Assembly (NCBI GenBank): GCA_964549935.1
Contig: CAZJVT010000003.1
Location: forward strand, 14,634-78,633
Length of the DNA stretch: 64,000 nt
Direction of reading: 5' to 3'
Origin: an uncultured Candidatus Saccharibacteria bacterium
GTDB lineage: Bacteria > Patescibacteriota > Minisyncoccia > UBA6257 > 1-14-0-10-44-23
Every line of letters begins with the position of its first letter. The first letter of the stretch is position 1. The translations under genes and the position numbers were made by a program. Positions 9,028 to 18,485 of this stretch are shown one piece after another. Below the pieces are notes generated by a model. It searched no databases. It was not told the origin of the DNA and was given only the letters and a program-made list of their open reading frames with translations.

Positions 9028-9732
9028 ATGGGCAAGTCGAACCAGAGCGCGATCGCCAGGCTCCGGCAGCTCCCTTACGTCTTCGATCTTCGCGACCTCA
9101 GGACCACCTTCGAGCTCGGCAAGGGGATCGACCGCGTCCTGGTCAGCCGATGGAGGGACGCATCTCTCATCGAGCCGGTGGGCCCGAATGCCGGCCTCTA
9201 CTACAACCTGGTCCGCGATCCGGACGGCGCCAAGCAGCGCATCGGCGAGGCGATCCGCCGGCGCTTTCCCGCGGCCGTCGTGATCGGATCGTCGGCGATC
9301 CATGCCGGCGGCTGGACCACGCAGATCCCCCGCCGCATCTCAGTGGCTGTCCCCAGCGAGAGTTATGGCGCCCAGATGACGGGCGTCCGGCTGCTGAACC
9401 GGTCCAGGACCTGGTATGCGCGCATCCAGCCCGGCCTCCACCTCACCGAGGAGGAGATGATCGATCGGATCGGGTTGAGGGCAACCGCGGCGGCGACCGA
9501 CCCGATGATCCGGATCGGCATGGACGGGCTGCCGACCCTGCACCCGGCCTGGGCTCTTGCCGACCAGCTCCGCTACAAGGACGACTGGGTCCCGGATCCG
9601 GACGACCTCGACAACCAGGCGGTCGACCGGGAGCAGGACGAGCTGAAGGCGGCCTACAAGGCGCTGAACGTCAAGGTGCCGAAGGAATACCGGCCGGCGG
9701 AGCTGGCGGAGGGGCTGGGCCCGAGGATTTAA
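9028..9732 (+). CDS. abiEi: AbiEi-like antitoxin/transcriptional regulator (wHTH N-terminus), unusually placed downstream of the toxin
   Basis: The N-terminus IARLRQLPYVFDLRDLRTTFELGKGIDRVLVSRWRDASLIEPVGPNAGLYYNL resembles the AbiEi N-terminal domain. It lies 40 nt after abiEii. Confidence 0.45.
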   Translation: MGKSNQSAIARLRQLPYVFDLRDLRTTFELGKGIDRVLVSRWRDASLIEPVGPNAGLYYNLVRDPDGAKQRIGEAIRRRFPAAVVIGSSAIHAGGWTTQIPRRISVAVPSESYGAQMTGVRLLNRSRTWYARIQPGLHLTEEEMIDRIGLRATAAATDPMIRIGMDGLPTLHPAWALADQLRYKDDWVPDPDDLDNQAVDREQDELKAAYKALNVKVPKEYRPAELAEGLGPRI

Positions 9733-9812
9733 TATAACGTCTATTGATCCGGACCAGCCGTGGTTGCAGGATACCACCCTTGCGTTGTGCATTTGCTTCG
9801 GGGGAGGCCAGA

Positions 9813-10544
9813 ATGAAACCGCAGCTGATCATCGCTGTCGCCCTTGTTCCGTTTCTCGGCGGCGTGGCTCAAGCCGCGGATTTCCCCACCGAGCAGCAGA
9901 TGCGCGGGATCGTGTTCGGCTGTGGCGGCGGGATCTCGGACAGGATGAAGGGAGAAGTTCAGGGGCGGATCGACCTCTGGCGAAAGGCTGCAGAAGCAAC
10001 CGCGAGTGGCAGCAAGGATCTCCTGTCCGGAATCTTGAGTATTACGCCAACCGGCCAGCAGATAAGCGAAGCGAACTACAAGACATTCACTCAATGCATT
10101 CTTGAAGCGATCGACCGCGCGCTTGGCGTAAAGAAACCTCGCGATCTGGTCGAGATGGATTGGAAGTATCCGCGATCCCAGCGAGTGACATACAGCCGCG
10201 AACTGCGTCCGGATGTCGTCGACGAAAAGCCCTGCTTCAGGTTGCCGCCGCGGGCTGAGCCGATCGAGGGCAAGACCAGCATCGTGCTGGTGAAAGCGCG
10301 CGAGACCGTTCCTGGCGGAGAGCAGGCAGACCCCAGCGAAGATCCTGCGGCTTTCGCCAATCGGAATCCGGCCGGTGTCAGAAGCCAGTGGTTCGATATC
10401 CGGCAGGATCTCGAGAAAAATCCCTACTACGTCGTCTGCGCGCACATCACGCATGATGGAAGCGCCAACAAGGGCGAGGATGCCGGCACGCGAACGATCT
10501 CGAGCTTCCTTCCAGCCGGCAAGATTCTCCTTCCGCGCCCCTGA
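9813..10544 (+). CDS. secreted hypothetical protein (signal peptide MKPQLIIAVALVPFLGGVAQA)
   Basis: SD GGGGAGG lies before ATG 9813. The N-terminus is hydrophobic and ends in AQA-A. Confidence 0.5.
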   Translation: MKPQLIIAVALVPFLGGVAQAADFPTEQQMRGIVFGCGGGISDRMKGEVQGRIDLWRKAAEATASGSKDLLSGILSITPTGQQISEANYKTFTQCILEAIDRALGVKKPRDLVEMDWKYPRSQRVTYSRELRPDVVDEKPCFRLPPRAEPIEGKTSIVLVKARETVPGGEQADPSEDPAAFANRNPAGVRSQWFDIRQDLEKNPYYVVCAHITHDGSANKGEDAGTRTISSFLPAGKILLPRP

Positions 10545-10590
10545 CCCTCTGACCTGATGCTCGCGCCCCAGGATCTCTACACGCTTTCTC

Positions 10591-10617
10591 TATAATCCTG
10601 TATGCTCCTGCTGATGG
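10591..10617 (+). promoter_or_regulatory. recurring motif copy 2: TATAATCCTGTATGCTCCTGCTGATGG
   Basis: Lies 54 nt before ATG 10645. Confidence 0.5.
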
Positions 10618-10644
10618 TGGCAGATTGCCGCCCGCCGGAGCACC

Positions 10645-11967
10645 ATGCGCGATCTCGTCGCCCCTCACGTCAGGCTGATGGCCGATCCAGATGGCTCGGT
10701 GAACACGTTCATCCTCGGTCACTTCCTGAAGATGCTTCTCGGCACCGCCCTGCAGCCTGCCTTCGACATCGTCGATCGCATGGCCAAGGCTGCGACGGCG
10801 GCCGGCGACATCGACGCCGGCAACGCGACCGCGACCGATGATTGCCTCATCTTCTCACCGCATATCGACGCTCATCATCGCGGCATCGCGATCCAGGACG
10901 ACCGGATCGGCAACCTCTTCGTCCTCGAGCTCGACAACAAGATCGATGCCGAGGCGGTCCGGCTGGAAAGGGCGATGGCCAGTATCTTCAAGAAGCCCTT
11001 CGACGAGGAGGAGTTCAAGAAGTCCCAGCTGGCCAAGGACGCGAAGCCGACCGAAGTTCGGGTCTATCGCTACTGGCCGGATCGCCGAGGAAGCTCCCCT
11101 GGCAGCCTTGGGGCGGCCATCCGTTCCGGCATCGCCGACGGTTGGTCGGAGGACCTCCTGATCGCTGCCGGCAGAGGCTTCGACAGCCGCGCGGATGACG
11201 GGCAGGGGTTCTGGCACGACGGAAACTTCAATCTCCACAATCTCGATTGGCAGGATCCGTTCCGGCTGCTCAGGAAGGCGGTCGAGGCCCATGGTCTCCT
11301 GGCCGCCTGGCACGAGATCTCCGACGAGGTCGCGCGACGCAAATATCGGACGCGCAGCGAGGACCAGGGCCTCGCCAAGTACGATGCCGCCGACGAATTC
11401 GCGCGCGAGACAGCCGCCCAGGATCGTCACCTGCTCGGCCCGCGCACCGAGGCCGTGCTGCAGGCCATGCAGGACATCTCGGCCACGGCCGAGGTGAAGG
11501 CCATGATCGGCCAGGTCATGGATATCCTGAGGCTCTGCCACGACGGCGGACATACGAACCGCGGATCGAAATTCGATCACAACGACGGCGACCACTACGT
11601 CTATGTCCATCGCCTGACCGCGAACCGCGTCATCCTGGTTATGGGCGACCACAATCGCGAGTTCGCGCTCTTCCTCGGCTATGCGGGAGATGGCCTCGCG
11701 GTCACCCGGGCGGCCACCTTCGGGCGCGGGACGACGACCAGCCTAGATCAGGCCATCCAGGAGCTGCTCGCCGACGAGCAAACCCGGAACACGATCGGCT
11801 CGTTCGAGCATCGCGACGGCGAGGTCACCTGCGTATTCGGCCATACGACCGACACCGACCGTGTCCGAGCCTGGACCAGCATGGTCTCCACGATCGCCAC
11901 CGCCTGCTGCTGCCTCGAGGAGGAGTACCGGCCCCGACAAGCCCGAAGCCCGGAGATGTCGCCGTGA
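10645..11967 (+). CDS. hypothetical protein (440 aa), family 4 member a; ends ...SPEMSP
   Basis: The N-terminal about 120 aa (VDRMA...IFSPHIDAHHRGIAIQDDRIGNLFVLELDN...YRYWPDRR) are shared with the next two genes. The 3' end carries the GGAGATGTCGCCGTGA junction. Confidence 0.5.
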   Translation: MRDLVAPHVRLMADPDGSVNTFILGHFLKMLLGTALQPAFDIVDRMAKAATAAGDIDAGNATATDDCLIFSPHIDAHHRGIAIQDDRIGNLFVLELDNKIDAEAVRLERAMASIFKKPFDEEEFKKSQLAKDAKPTEVRVYRYWPDRRGSSPGSLGAAIRSGIADGWSEDLLIAAGRGFDSRADDGQGFWHDGNFNLHNLDWQDPFRLLRKAVEAHGLLAAWHEISDEVARRKYRTRSEDQGLAKYDAADEFARETAAQDRHLLGPRTEAVLQAMQDISATAEVKAMIGQVMDILRLCHDGGHTNRGSKFDHNDGDHYVYVHRLTANRVILVMGDHNREFALFLGYAGDGLAVTRAATFGRGTTTSLDQAIQELLADEQTRNTIGSFEHRDGEVTCVFGHTTDTDRVRAWTSMVSTIATACCCLEEEYRPRQARSPEMSP

Positions 11968-11969
11968 CC

Positions 11970-12836
11970 ATGCAAGCCGACCCGCTGATCGTCCGCTACG
12001 CCGAGCGCTTGAGGGAAACCGGCATCGTATCGGGACCAGATATCCTTTCGGACATTCTCAGGATCGCGGTCTGCGTTAGTCTCGAGGCCACGATCGCGCC
12101 TATCGAGATGGCGATCGCGCAATCGATCGAGCGAGGCGATCGGCAAGCTGCCGGCGCGCGCTATCACAAGGGCTACACCATCTTCGCCCCGGATATGGGT
12201 CGCGATCGACGCGGGTATGCGATCCAGGGGTTCGACTACGGATACCTGATTGTCCTTGAGACGGACCTGCGCAGCCACGGCACCCTCTTCAGTCGCCGCA
12301 CCGTCCCCGCTCCGGAGCTTGCCCCTTACGTCGACGCCGGCGAGGACTTGAAGCTGCCGACGGAGATCTCCGTCCACGGGTACCATGTCTCCAAAAATGG
12401 CAACGACCGCTCATTCGAGACGCTGGTCGACAGCATCAAGCGAGGCTTTCGCTACCAGCTGATCGCCTCGGCGGGGCAGTCCGCGTTCCTCGACCGGCGG
12501 CGGGATCTCTACGCCGGCGGCTGTCATTCACTGATGAGGCCCGATGCCTGGATCGGTCTCTTCGACGCCCTCAGGTTCGCCTTCGCCATGTGCGACCTCA
12601 CCGATCGCATGCGAAGCGCGTCGGAAGAGATCCACCGCATGGAGCTGGCGCCGATCGGAGATCTGGTGTGCGAGGCCATCCACTGGATCGGCCGGCACCT
12701 GGCCAGGATCGAGGAGCACCTCCCCAGTCGAGTCACCACGCTTCGTCTCGGCATGCTCGAGCGCCATCTCGAGGATGAATCCGAACGCTCCTGGCACGCG
12801 CCCTCGCGGATCCGTTCGCTGGAGATGTCGCCATGA
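11970..12836 (+). CDS. hypothetical protein (288 aa), family 4 member b; ends ...SLEMSP
   Basis: Start ATG 11970 (or GTG 11964 overlapping the upstream TGA). Shares SLEATIAPIEMA...YTIFAPDMGRDRRGYAIQGFDYGYLIVLETD with members a and c. Confidence 0.5.
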   Translation: MQADPLIVRYAERLRETGIVSGPDILSDILRIAVCVSLEATIAPIEMAIAQSIERGDRQAAGARYHKGYTIFAPDMGRDRRGYAIQGFDYGYLIVLETDLRSHGTLFSRRTVPAPELAPYVDAGEDLKLPTEISVHGYHVSKNGNDRSFETLVDSIKRGFRYQLIASAGQSAFLDRRRDLYAGGCHSLMRPDAWIGLFDALRFAFAMCDLTDRMRSASEEIHRMELAPIGDLVCEAIHWIGRHLARIEEHLPSRVTTLRLGMLERHLEDESERSWHAPSRIRSLEMSP

Positions 12837-13741
12837 CAAGGGGACAGTCGCCCTTCGTCGCCACCCTCATGGACAAGCTCCTCGCGCGCGACGGCCTCGT
12901 CGACGACGACGCCTATCTCGACATCGTGCGCGCGCTGGTATGCGACAGCCTCGAGGCGAGCATCGACATCGTCGACCGTATGGCGCGCGAAGCGCGGCTT
13001 CGTGGGAACTCGGAGATCGGCCTCTCCCGCTACATCAACTCCGACGGCGAGCGATACCGGATCTTCGCGCCCTACATCGATGATCATCGCCGGCTTCTTG
13101 CCATCCAGGGCGACGTCGACGGATACCTGCTGGCGCTCGATCTCGACAACCAGGTCACCCCGGATGTCGTCGCCGCGGCCAGACGCCAGGCCGAGGCGCG
13201 CAAGGAGCGCTTCAGCCTCGACGATTTCCGGGTGAGCCAGCTGAGGAAGCTCGCCAAGCCGGAGGTACTCACCGCCTACCGCTACGACCCGGTGCGCGAG
13301 ACCCATGTATCGCCGGATCTACCCGGCCTCCTGGAAGAAGTCCGTCGCGGCATCGCGAACCATGCGATCGCCGTGACCGGCACCCGCAAATGCCTGGACG
13401 AGGACAAGGACGTCTGGTCGCGCGCCACGCAGCGCATCATCGATGCCGATCGTTGGCCTGGCTTGCTCAGGGCCATCCACGCAGCTGCGATCGGCGACGA
13501 CCTGGTAGGAAGCCTGACCCAGGAGCTCGAGGACCAATTCCGGCGGTCCTACATCGAGAGCGGCGATCCCAAGATCAACGCGGCCATCGAGGTCGCGATG
13601 AAGCTCGGCGCAGTCGACCACTCGCTTGATGCTATTGCCGACGACGGCGCCTATCGACTCCGGCTTCTGAAGGATCAGATCGACCGTCAGCTCAGGCAGC
13701 AGGCAGCGCCGCCATTCCTAACCGCTCAACCGGGGTTCTAG
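12833..13741 (+). CDS. hypothetical protein (302 aa), family 4 member c
   Basis: ATGA overlap with the upstream gene. Shares SLEASIDIVDRMA...YRIFAPYIDDHRRLLAIQGDVDGYLLALDLDN...YRYDPVRE with members a and b. Confidence 0.5.
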   Translation: MTRGQSPFVATLMDKLLARDGLVDDDAYLDIVRALVCDSLEASIDIVDRMAREARLRGNSEIGLSRYINSDGERYRIFAPYIDDHRRLLAIQGDVDGYLLALDLDNQVTPDVVAAARRQAEARKERFSLDDFRVSQLRKLAKPEVLTAYRYDPVRETHVSPDLPGLLEEVRRGIANHAIAVTGTRKCLDEDKDVWSRATQRIIDADRWPGLLRAIHAAAIGDDLVGSLTQELEDQFRRSYIESGDPKINAAIEVAMKLGAVDHSLDAIADDGAYRLRLLKDQIDRQLRQQAAPPFLTAQPGF

Positions 13742-13744
13742 GTC

Positions 13745-14869
13745 ATGCGAGACATCAACCGCTACCAGCGCCTCCTGCTGGAAGCCTATCCGGATCTCGA
13801 CCTCCTGCCGATCGATCCCAAGGATCATCGCGAGGTAGACGATACGGTCCGCAGCCATGAGACCGGCGACACGCTTTTCGACTTCCTCTGGCTCGAGCTT
13901 GGCGATGTCGGTGACGCAGGCCCGGAGGACGCCCTCCGGTCGCTCGACCAGGCGATCGCCGAGCTCCAGAAGGTCCGGGACCACATCGCCTCCCACGACG
14001 CCGACGTCATGCTGGAGACCCTCCGGCGCGAGCAGGCCGAGAAGGCGTTCGAGGTCTACGACTTCCGCGACGCGAAGATCGCCGCGGCCGATGGCTGGCA
14101 GCTGACGAAGCCCGGCCGCGAATGGACCAGGACGATCTACTTCGAGAACAGCGTGGATCCCCAAGCCGACAGCATCAAGGGCCACTTCTCGGTTCTCTTC
14201 GCGGGCGACACCGCCAGCGTGGTCGAGAGCGCCGCGGCGGTCTGCAACGGCGCCGAGATCGGCGAGTGGAAGTCGTCCTGGATGAAGTCTCCGAAGCTCG
14301 TCGTCGCCAACCGGCGCATGAAGCGCATCGAAACGCTCCGGGACCAGGCGGCCCACAGGACCATCATGGATGGCGCTCTCGGCAAGATTGAGGGCAACGT
14401 GAAGGCCGCCGGCGGATGGGTGAGAGACCAGGACTCCAACGAATGGCGCATGCCGTTCGTCGTCTCGAAACCGGACTGGGTGGACAAGAACGGCGAGCTC
14501 GTCGTTCGCTTCGCCGGCGACGAGTCCGTCTTGCCTTCGTCGGTCCGTATTTTCCTGGGATCCGAGGCAGCTCGCCGCAACGAGATCATCAAGGAACGTC
14601 GTGTCGAGCTCGGCCGGCTCTACAACCTCTGCCGCTTCGAGCACGACGTCATGGCCTACGGCGAATGGGGCCGCAAGGACGACCTCGATACCTGGCAGCT
14701 CGACATCCGCTTCCTCGACACTGGTCGCTGGAGCGTTCCCGGCCGCGTCGTCGTCAGGTTCGCCGCGGACGGCTCGACCTCGATCGAGAAGGTCGAGGCA
14801 TTCCTGCGCGACGAGCCTATCAAGACCGGTCTCGAGCCGAAGTCACCCTCGCCCTCACCTGGCATGTAA
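13745..14869 (+). CDS. hypothetical protein (374 aa); ends ...SPSPSPGM
   Basis: Begins 4 nt after the upstream stop. Composition is coding-like. Confidence 0.5.
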   Translation: MRDINRYQRLLLEAYPDLDLLPIDPKDHREVDDTVRSHETGDTLFDFLWLELGDVGDAGPEDALRSLDQAIAELQKVRDHIASHDADVMLETLRREQAEKAFEVYDFRDAKIAAADGWQLTKPGREWTRTIYFENSVDPQADSIKGHFSVLFAGDTASVVESAAAVCNGAEIGEWKSSWMKSPKLVVANRRMKRIETLRDQAAHRTIMDGALGKIEGNVKAAGGWVRDQDSNEWRMPFVVSKPDWVDKNGELVVRFAGDESVLPSSVRIFLGSEAARRNEIIKERRVELGRLYNLCRFEHDVMAYGEWGRKDDLDTWQLDIRFLDTGRWSVPGRVVVRFAADGSTSIEKVEAFLRDEPIKTGLEPKSPSPSPGM

Positions 14870-14879
14870 GGAGACCCCG

Positions 14880-15254
14880 ATGCCCATCCCGCACAAGATC
14901 CGCGCCAAGCTCAAGGAAGCCGGCTTCCACCATGTTGATCTCGGCACCGGCTCGGTGCCGGTGCTCGGCTTCGAGGATGGCGATCCCCAGCCACCCTATG
15001 TGGCCCTCTGCATCGCCGAGGAGGTCGGCGATTCGGATCGCGTCTCCTGGCAGGCTGACGATCCCTATACGGTCTTCGGGACCCGGTTCCCCCTCGACGG
15101 CAGTGGCCCGATACGCCACGTCGACGGCATCGATGCGGCGATCGCCGCGGCCAAGGAGATCTACAAAAGCATGATGGTCGAGTTCAAGGCCAAGCAGGCG
15201 GAGGCGGCGCCGAAGCCGCAACCGGCTGCGGCCGGACCTTCGATGGGCATGTAG
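14880..15254 (+). CDS. hypothetical protein (124 aa); ends ...GPSMGM
   Basis: SD AAGGAG lies before ATG 14880. The 3' junction is CCTTCGATGGGCATGTAGCC. Confidence 0.45.
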   Translation: MPIPHKIRAKLKEAGFHHVDLGTGSVPVLGFEDGDPQPPYVALCIAEEVGDSDRVSWQADDPYTVFGTRFPLDGSGPIRHVDGIDAAIAAAKEIYKSMMVEFKAKQAEAAPKPQPAAAGPSMGM

Positions 15255-15256
15255 CC

Positions 15257-15718
15257 GTGCCTGGGAAAGCCAGCCCCGAAATGCCGAAGCTGACCTGGGA
15301 ATTCGTACGGATCACGGATCATCCCTACAACGTCGATGCCGAGGTCTACAGCGCCAAGTTCGGGCGAACCCGGGTCGACATCTGGATTGACAAGGGCCCG
15401 CGCAAGATCTGGCGGGGAACCCCGCCCGTGGTCGTCGCCGAGCTCGATGAGACCTTGTGGAGCATCGTCGTCCACGGTGATCTTTCTAGCTGCGCCTTGA
15501 CCAAGGAGGTGGCCATGTCGGAAGCGGAGCGTCTGGCCTGGGGTTCTCAGGCCAATCGCTTTGCATGGCGCCCGGTTCTCCGCCATGCAGTCAGCGCGGA
15601 CGTCAAGCACAAGCATGACGAGGAGTTCTACGCGAGGATCGCCGCGACGATGAAGGAATTCCCGGTCGACTACGTTCCGCTCTCACAGCGCCCGCCGGCG
15701 CCGTCGATGGGCATGTAG
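15257..15718 (+). CDS. hypothetical protein (153 aa, GTG start); ends ...APSMGM
   Basis: GTG lies 2 nt after the upstream TAG. The 3' end is CCGTCGATGGGCATGTAGCG even though no plus gene follows. Confidence 0.4.
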   Translation: MPGKASPEMPKLTWEFVRITDHPYNVDAEVYSAKFGRTRVDIWIDKGPRKIWRGTPPVVVAELDETLWSIVVHGDLSSCALTKEVAMSEAERLAWGSQANRFAWRPVLRHAVSADVKHKHDEEFYARIAATMKEFPVDYVPLSQRPPAPSMGM

Positions 15719-15725
15719 CGAACGA

Positions 15726-16079
15726 TCAGGACCGCAATCGCGTCACGTAGGGCTCGCATCCAGCCAGGTTGCCGTCGTAGTCCGCTCCCACGATCGTCTC
15801 CTTGTCGTCGACGAAGAAGCGGATCCTGCACTCGCCCCTGATGTCGGGGGATCCGGGATTGAAGCCGGGCAGCCTGACCGACCGCTGGTAGAGGTAATAC
15901 TTCCGGCCGGCGACCGTGCCCTCCTGGTCCGGGAAGCCCATCTTTGAGAAGAGCTCCGGCGCCGGGCGGCCCTTCATCCTCTGCATCCCCTCCTCCAGGC
16001 CGCCCAGTGGATTGAGGGTGCAGGCGGCCAAGCCGGCAAGCATGGCGGCCGGCCAAAAGATGCTGGCGATCCTCTTCAT
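15726..16079 (-). CDS. small lipoprotein (signal MKRIASIFWPAAMLAGLAAC)
   Basis: Lipobox LAAC. Start at M11 of ORF 15726..16109. It is convergent with the upstream plus array. Confidence 0.5.
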   Translation of the reverse strand: MKRIASIFWPAAMLAGLAACTLNPLGGLEEGMQRMKGRPAPELFSKMGFPDQEGTVAGRKYYLYQRSVRLPGFNPGSPDIRGECRIRFFVDDKETIVGADYDGNLAGCEPYVTRLRS

Positions 16080-16285
16080 CAATGTCCGGCCCCTTTTCCA
16101 TCTCGTCACGGATCCTCAGCTTCTACCGTTTGAGATCGGCGATCAACCGCTCGTCCGGCCGCGGCCGCGCCATTTCCGTCTCGATCCGGCGCTCGAGGGC
16201 GTCACGGCCGGACATCAGCTCGTCGAGGGTCTGCTTTGCCGGCGCTTCCGAGATGCTAAGGGCAATGCACGCTCGGCGCTTTCTC

Positions 16286-16312
16286 TTTAATCGTGTATAC
16301 TATTGCCTACAC
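16286..16312 (+). promoter_or_regulatory. recurring motif copy 3: TTTAATCGTGTATACTATTGCCTACAC
   Basis: Lies 44 nt before ATG 16330 and contains TATACT. Confidence 0.5.
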
Positions 16313-16329
16313 TGACAGAGATTTTCCCC

Positions 16330-17217
16330 ATGATGTTCGGAACCGACATCCAGACGGTCGAGGAGCGCATCGCCGCCAATTCGAGCGGTCGCGACTTCAT
16401 CGTCGGCGACATCCATGGAACCTTCTCCCTTCTCGAGGACGCGCTCGCCTCGGTGGGCTTCGATCCGGAAGTCGATCGCGTCTTCTCCGTCGGCGACCTG
16501 ATCGACCGCGGGCCTGAATCGCATCGCGCCCTGGAGTTCCTGGGCAAGCCCTGGTTCCGGGCCATCCGCGGCAACCACGAGGACATCCTCATCGGCCTCT
16601 ACAGCTACGAGGACCTTCCTGGCTTCGAGACCATGGTGGCCTTCCAGACCGGCCGGAACGGGCTCGGATGGTGGAACCAGACCGATATCGCCTTCCGCCA
16701 GGACATCCTGCCTCTGCTCCGCCAGCTCCCGATAATGATCTCGCTCGAGGTCGCCGCGGGGCCGGGCGAGATCGGGCGCGTCGGGCTGGTCCATGCCGGT
16801 CTGCCTCTTGGCGCTTCCTGGTCGGATGGCATCCGGTCCGTCCGCGAGAAGCTCATCGATCCGAGATACGAGGAGCTCTTCGTTCTCTGGAATCGGTCCC
16901 GCTTCGAGGCATCGCTCTCGGAGGACGATCCCCGCCACATGGTCGGCGAGGTCGATCGCGTCTTCGTCGGCCACACGATTCTCGATCGTCCATCCGTGCG
17001 CGGCAATCTCGTCGGCATCGATACCGGCGCCTACAGAGGCGTCAAGGATGGCGCGCGGCAGGCCGGCTTCCTCACGCTGGTCGAGGCGACCGCCTCCCTC
17101 GATCGCATCCGCGATGCCGCAAGACAGATTCTCCGGACCGGCATCGATCGCCCCTATCTCGTGATCAGTGCGGACGCGCCGGCCCCGAGCCTGGCATCCG
17201 GGCCGATCGCCGCCTGA
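16330..17217 (+). CDS. PPP-family Ser/Thr (or diadenosine-tetraphosphatase-like) metallophosphatase, paralog 1
   Basis: GDIHG, GDLIDRG and GNHE motifs are in canonical order. The ATG at 16330 was chosen over the TTG at 16303. Confidence 0.7.
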   Translation: MMFGTDIQTVEERIAANSSGRDFIVGDIHGTFSLLEDALASVGFDPEVDRVFSVGDLIDRGPESHRALEFLGKPWFRAIRGNHEDILIGLYSYEDLPGFETMVAFQTGRNGLGWWNQTDIAFRQDILPLLRQLPIMISLEVAAGPGEIGRVGLVHAGLPLGASWSDGIRSVREKLIDPRYEELFVLWNRSRFEASLSEDDPRHMVGEVDRVFVGHTILDRPSVRGNLVGIDTGAYRGVKDGARQAGFLTLVEATASLDRIRDAARQILRTGIDRPYLVISADAPAPSLASGPIAA

Positions 17218-17240
17218 CACATGACCGCCGAGGACAAGAA

Positions 17241-17798
17241 ATGACCGATCGCAGAAGCCTCCGGGATCTCATCTTCGCCCTCCAGGGGCATATCTTCGGC
17301 CACGCGGTCGGCGACGAGCCGGATCTCGGCTCCCTCGCCGACCCTCAATTTGAGGCGATCCGCGGCGAAGCCATCGTGGCGAACCTCGATCGGCACCCGA
17401 TCGAGGACGCCGACCTCCATCAGGTGCTCGGCGAGGTCTTGCGGGAGGTATTCGTCGACCACGAAGGCGAAGACCGTCCGCGCGGCCATGTACCCGACTA
17501 CGACCACTTCTGCTTCCTTTCCGGCCGCGTCCGCGCCGCGCTCGACGGCCGCAAGCTTCCGGCCTGGACGCCAGAGTACCTGGTCCGCGATCGGATCCTG
17601 CGCAGCGATCAGGCACCGGAAACGCCGGCCAAGGAGCTGTCGGCGATCGAGGGGTTCCTGCGCCACAACCCGGTCCGGCCGGACGACGAGTTCCGCGCGG
17701 AGACCTGGGATGCGGCGAAGGCGCGCCATGCCGAGATCGTCGAGACCACGCTCCGTGCCTGCTTCCAGCCGGCGCCTGCCGCCACGCCGTCGATGTAG
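17241..17798 (+). CDS. hypothetical protein (185 aa); ends ...ATPSM
   Basis: SD GAGGACAAGAA lies before ATG 17241. The 3' junction is CCGTCGATGTAGCC. Confidence 0.45.
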   Translation: MTDRRSLRDLIFALQGHIFGHAVGDEPDLGSLADPQFEAIRGEAIVANLDRHPIEDADLHQVLGEVLREVFVDHEGEDRPRGHVPDYDHFCFLSGRVRAALDGRKLPAWTPEYLVRDRILRSDQAPETPAKELSAIEGFLRHNPVRPDDEFRAETWDAAKARHAEIVETTLRACFQPAPAATPSM

Positions 17799-17817
17799 CC
17801 ACGGAGGACAAGAGGTC

Positions 17818-18483
17818 ATGACGACGTTCCCCATCTCCTTCGGCAACGACGATCACCGTCTCGCCCGCATCGTCTCCATGGGGGATGGCCCGCCCGTTCT
17901 CCAGGTCTGCCAGATGAAAGGCGACTGCCAGCTCCACGCGGCGTTCGACTACGTCCCGAGCGAGGCATGGCCGGTTTCCCTCATCCTCGACAGCCTGGCA
18001 CAGCCGATGCCGTGCGAGCTCATGCGAAAGCTGGTGCCCGAGTCGATCGGTGCGATCGCGAAGGCCGCCATCAGCCAGTGGCGGGAGGGCTTCCTGCTCA
18101 AGAGCAACGACTACGATGCCTTGTTCGAGCACGAGACGGTGCCGCCCATCCGCTTCGCCTACGATGCGATCGACGGCACGCGCATGGCCGTCATCGTCGC
18201 TCACAACGGCGACTTTCGTCTTGGCCAGGGTGTTGGCAGCGATCTCGACAGGCCCGCCTTCGTCAACATCGGGGAGACCGGACGGATCATGGGCTACGGC
18301 TCCCTCGGCCTTCTTTTCTCAGGCACGGGCTTCAAGGCCCATCACCTCCACGTCGCCGGCGACGAGGCCCAGAAGCTCGAGGGTGTCCTTCGCAAGGTAG
18401 GCAGCAAGTTCACGATCCTGGACACCCATTGGCGCCGTGCGGAGAAGGCCAGGTCTCCGGCTCGGGCGGAGATGAGCCTCTAG
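17818..18483 (+). CDS. hypothetical protein (221 aa); ends ...RAEMSL
   Basis: SD GGAGGACAAGAGG lies before ATG 17818, in frame within ORF 17350..18483. Confidence 0.45.
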   Translation: MTTFPISFGNDDHRLARIVSMGDGPPVLQVCQMKGDCQLHAAFDYVPSEAWPVSLILDSLAQPMPCELMRKLVPESIGAIAKAAISQWREGFLLKSNDYDALFEHETVPPIRFAYDAIDGTRMAVIVAHNGDFRLGQGVGSDLDRPAFVNIGETGRIMGYGSLGLLFSGTGFKAHHLHVAGDEAQKLEGVLRKVGSKFTILDTHWRRAEKARSPARAEMSL

Positions 18484-18485
18484 CG

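Noticed and set aside
7867-9303. 478-aa minus-strand ORF
   Set aside because: Antisense to the AbiEii/AbiEi genes, whose products carry recognisable family motifs.
16300-17220. 306-aa minus-strand ORF
   Set aside because: Antisense to the PPP phosphatase gene, which has canonical metallophosphatase motifs.
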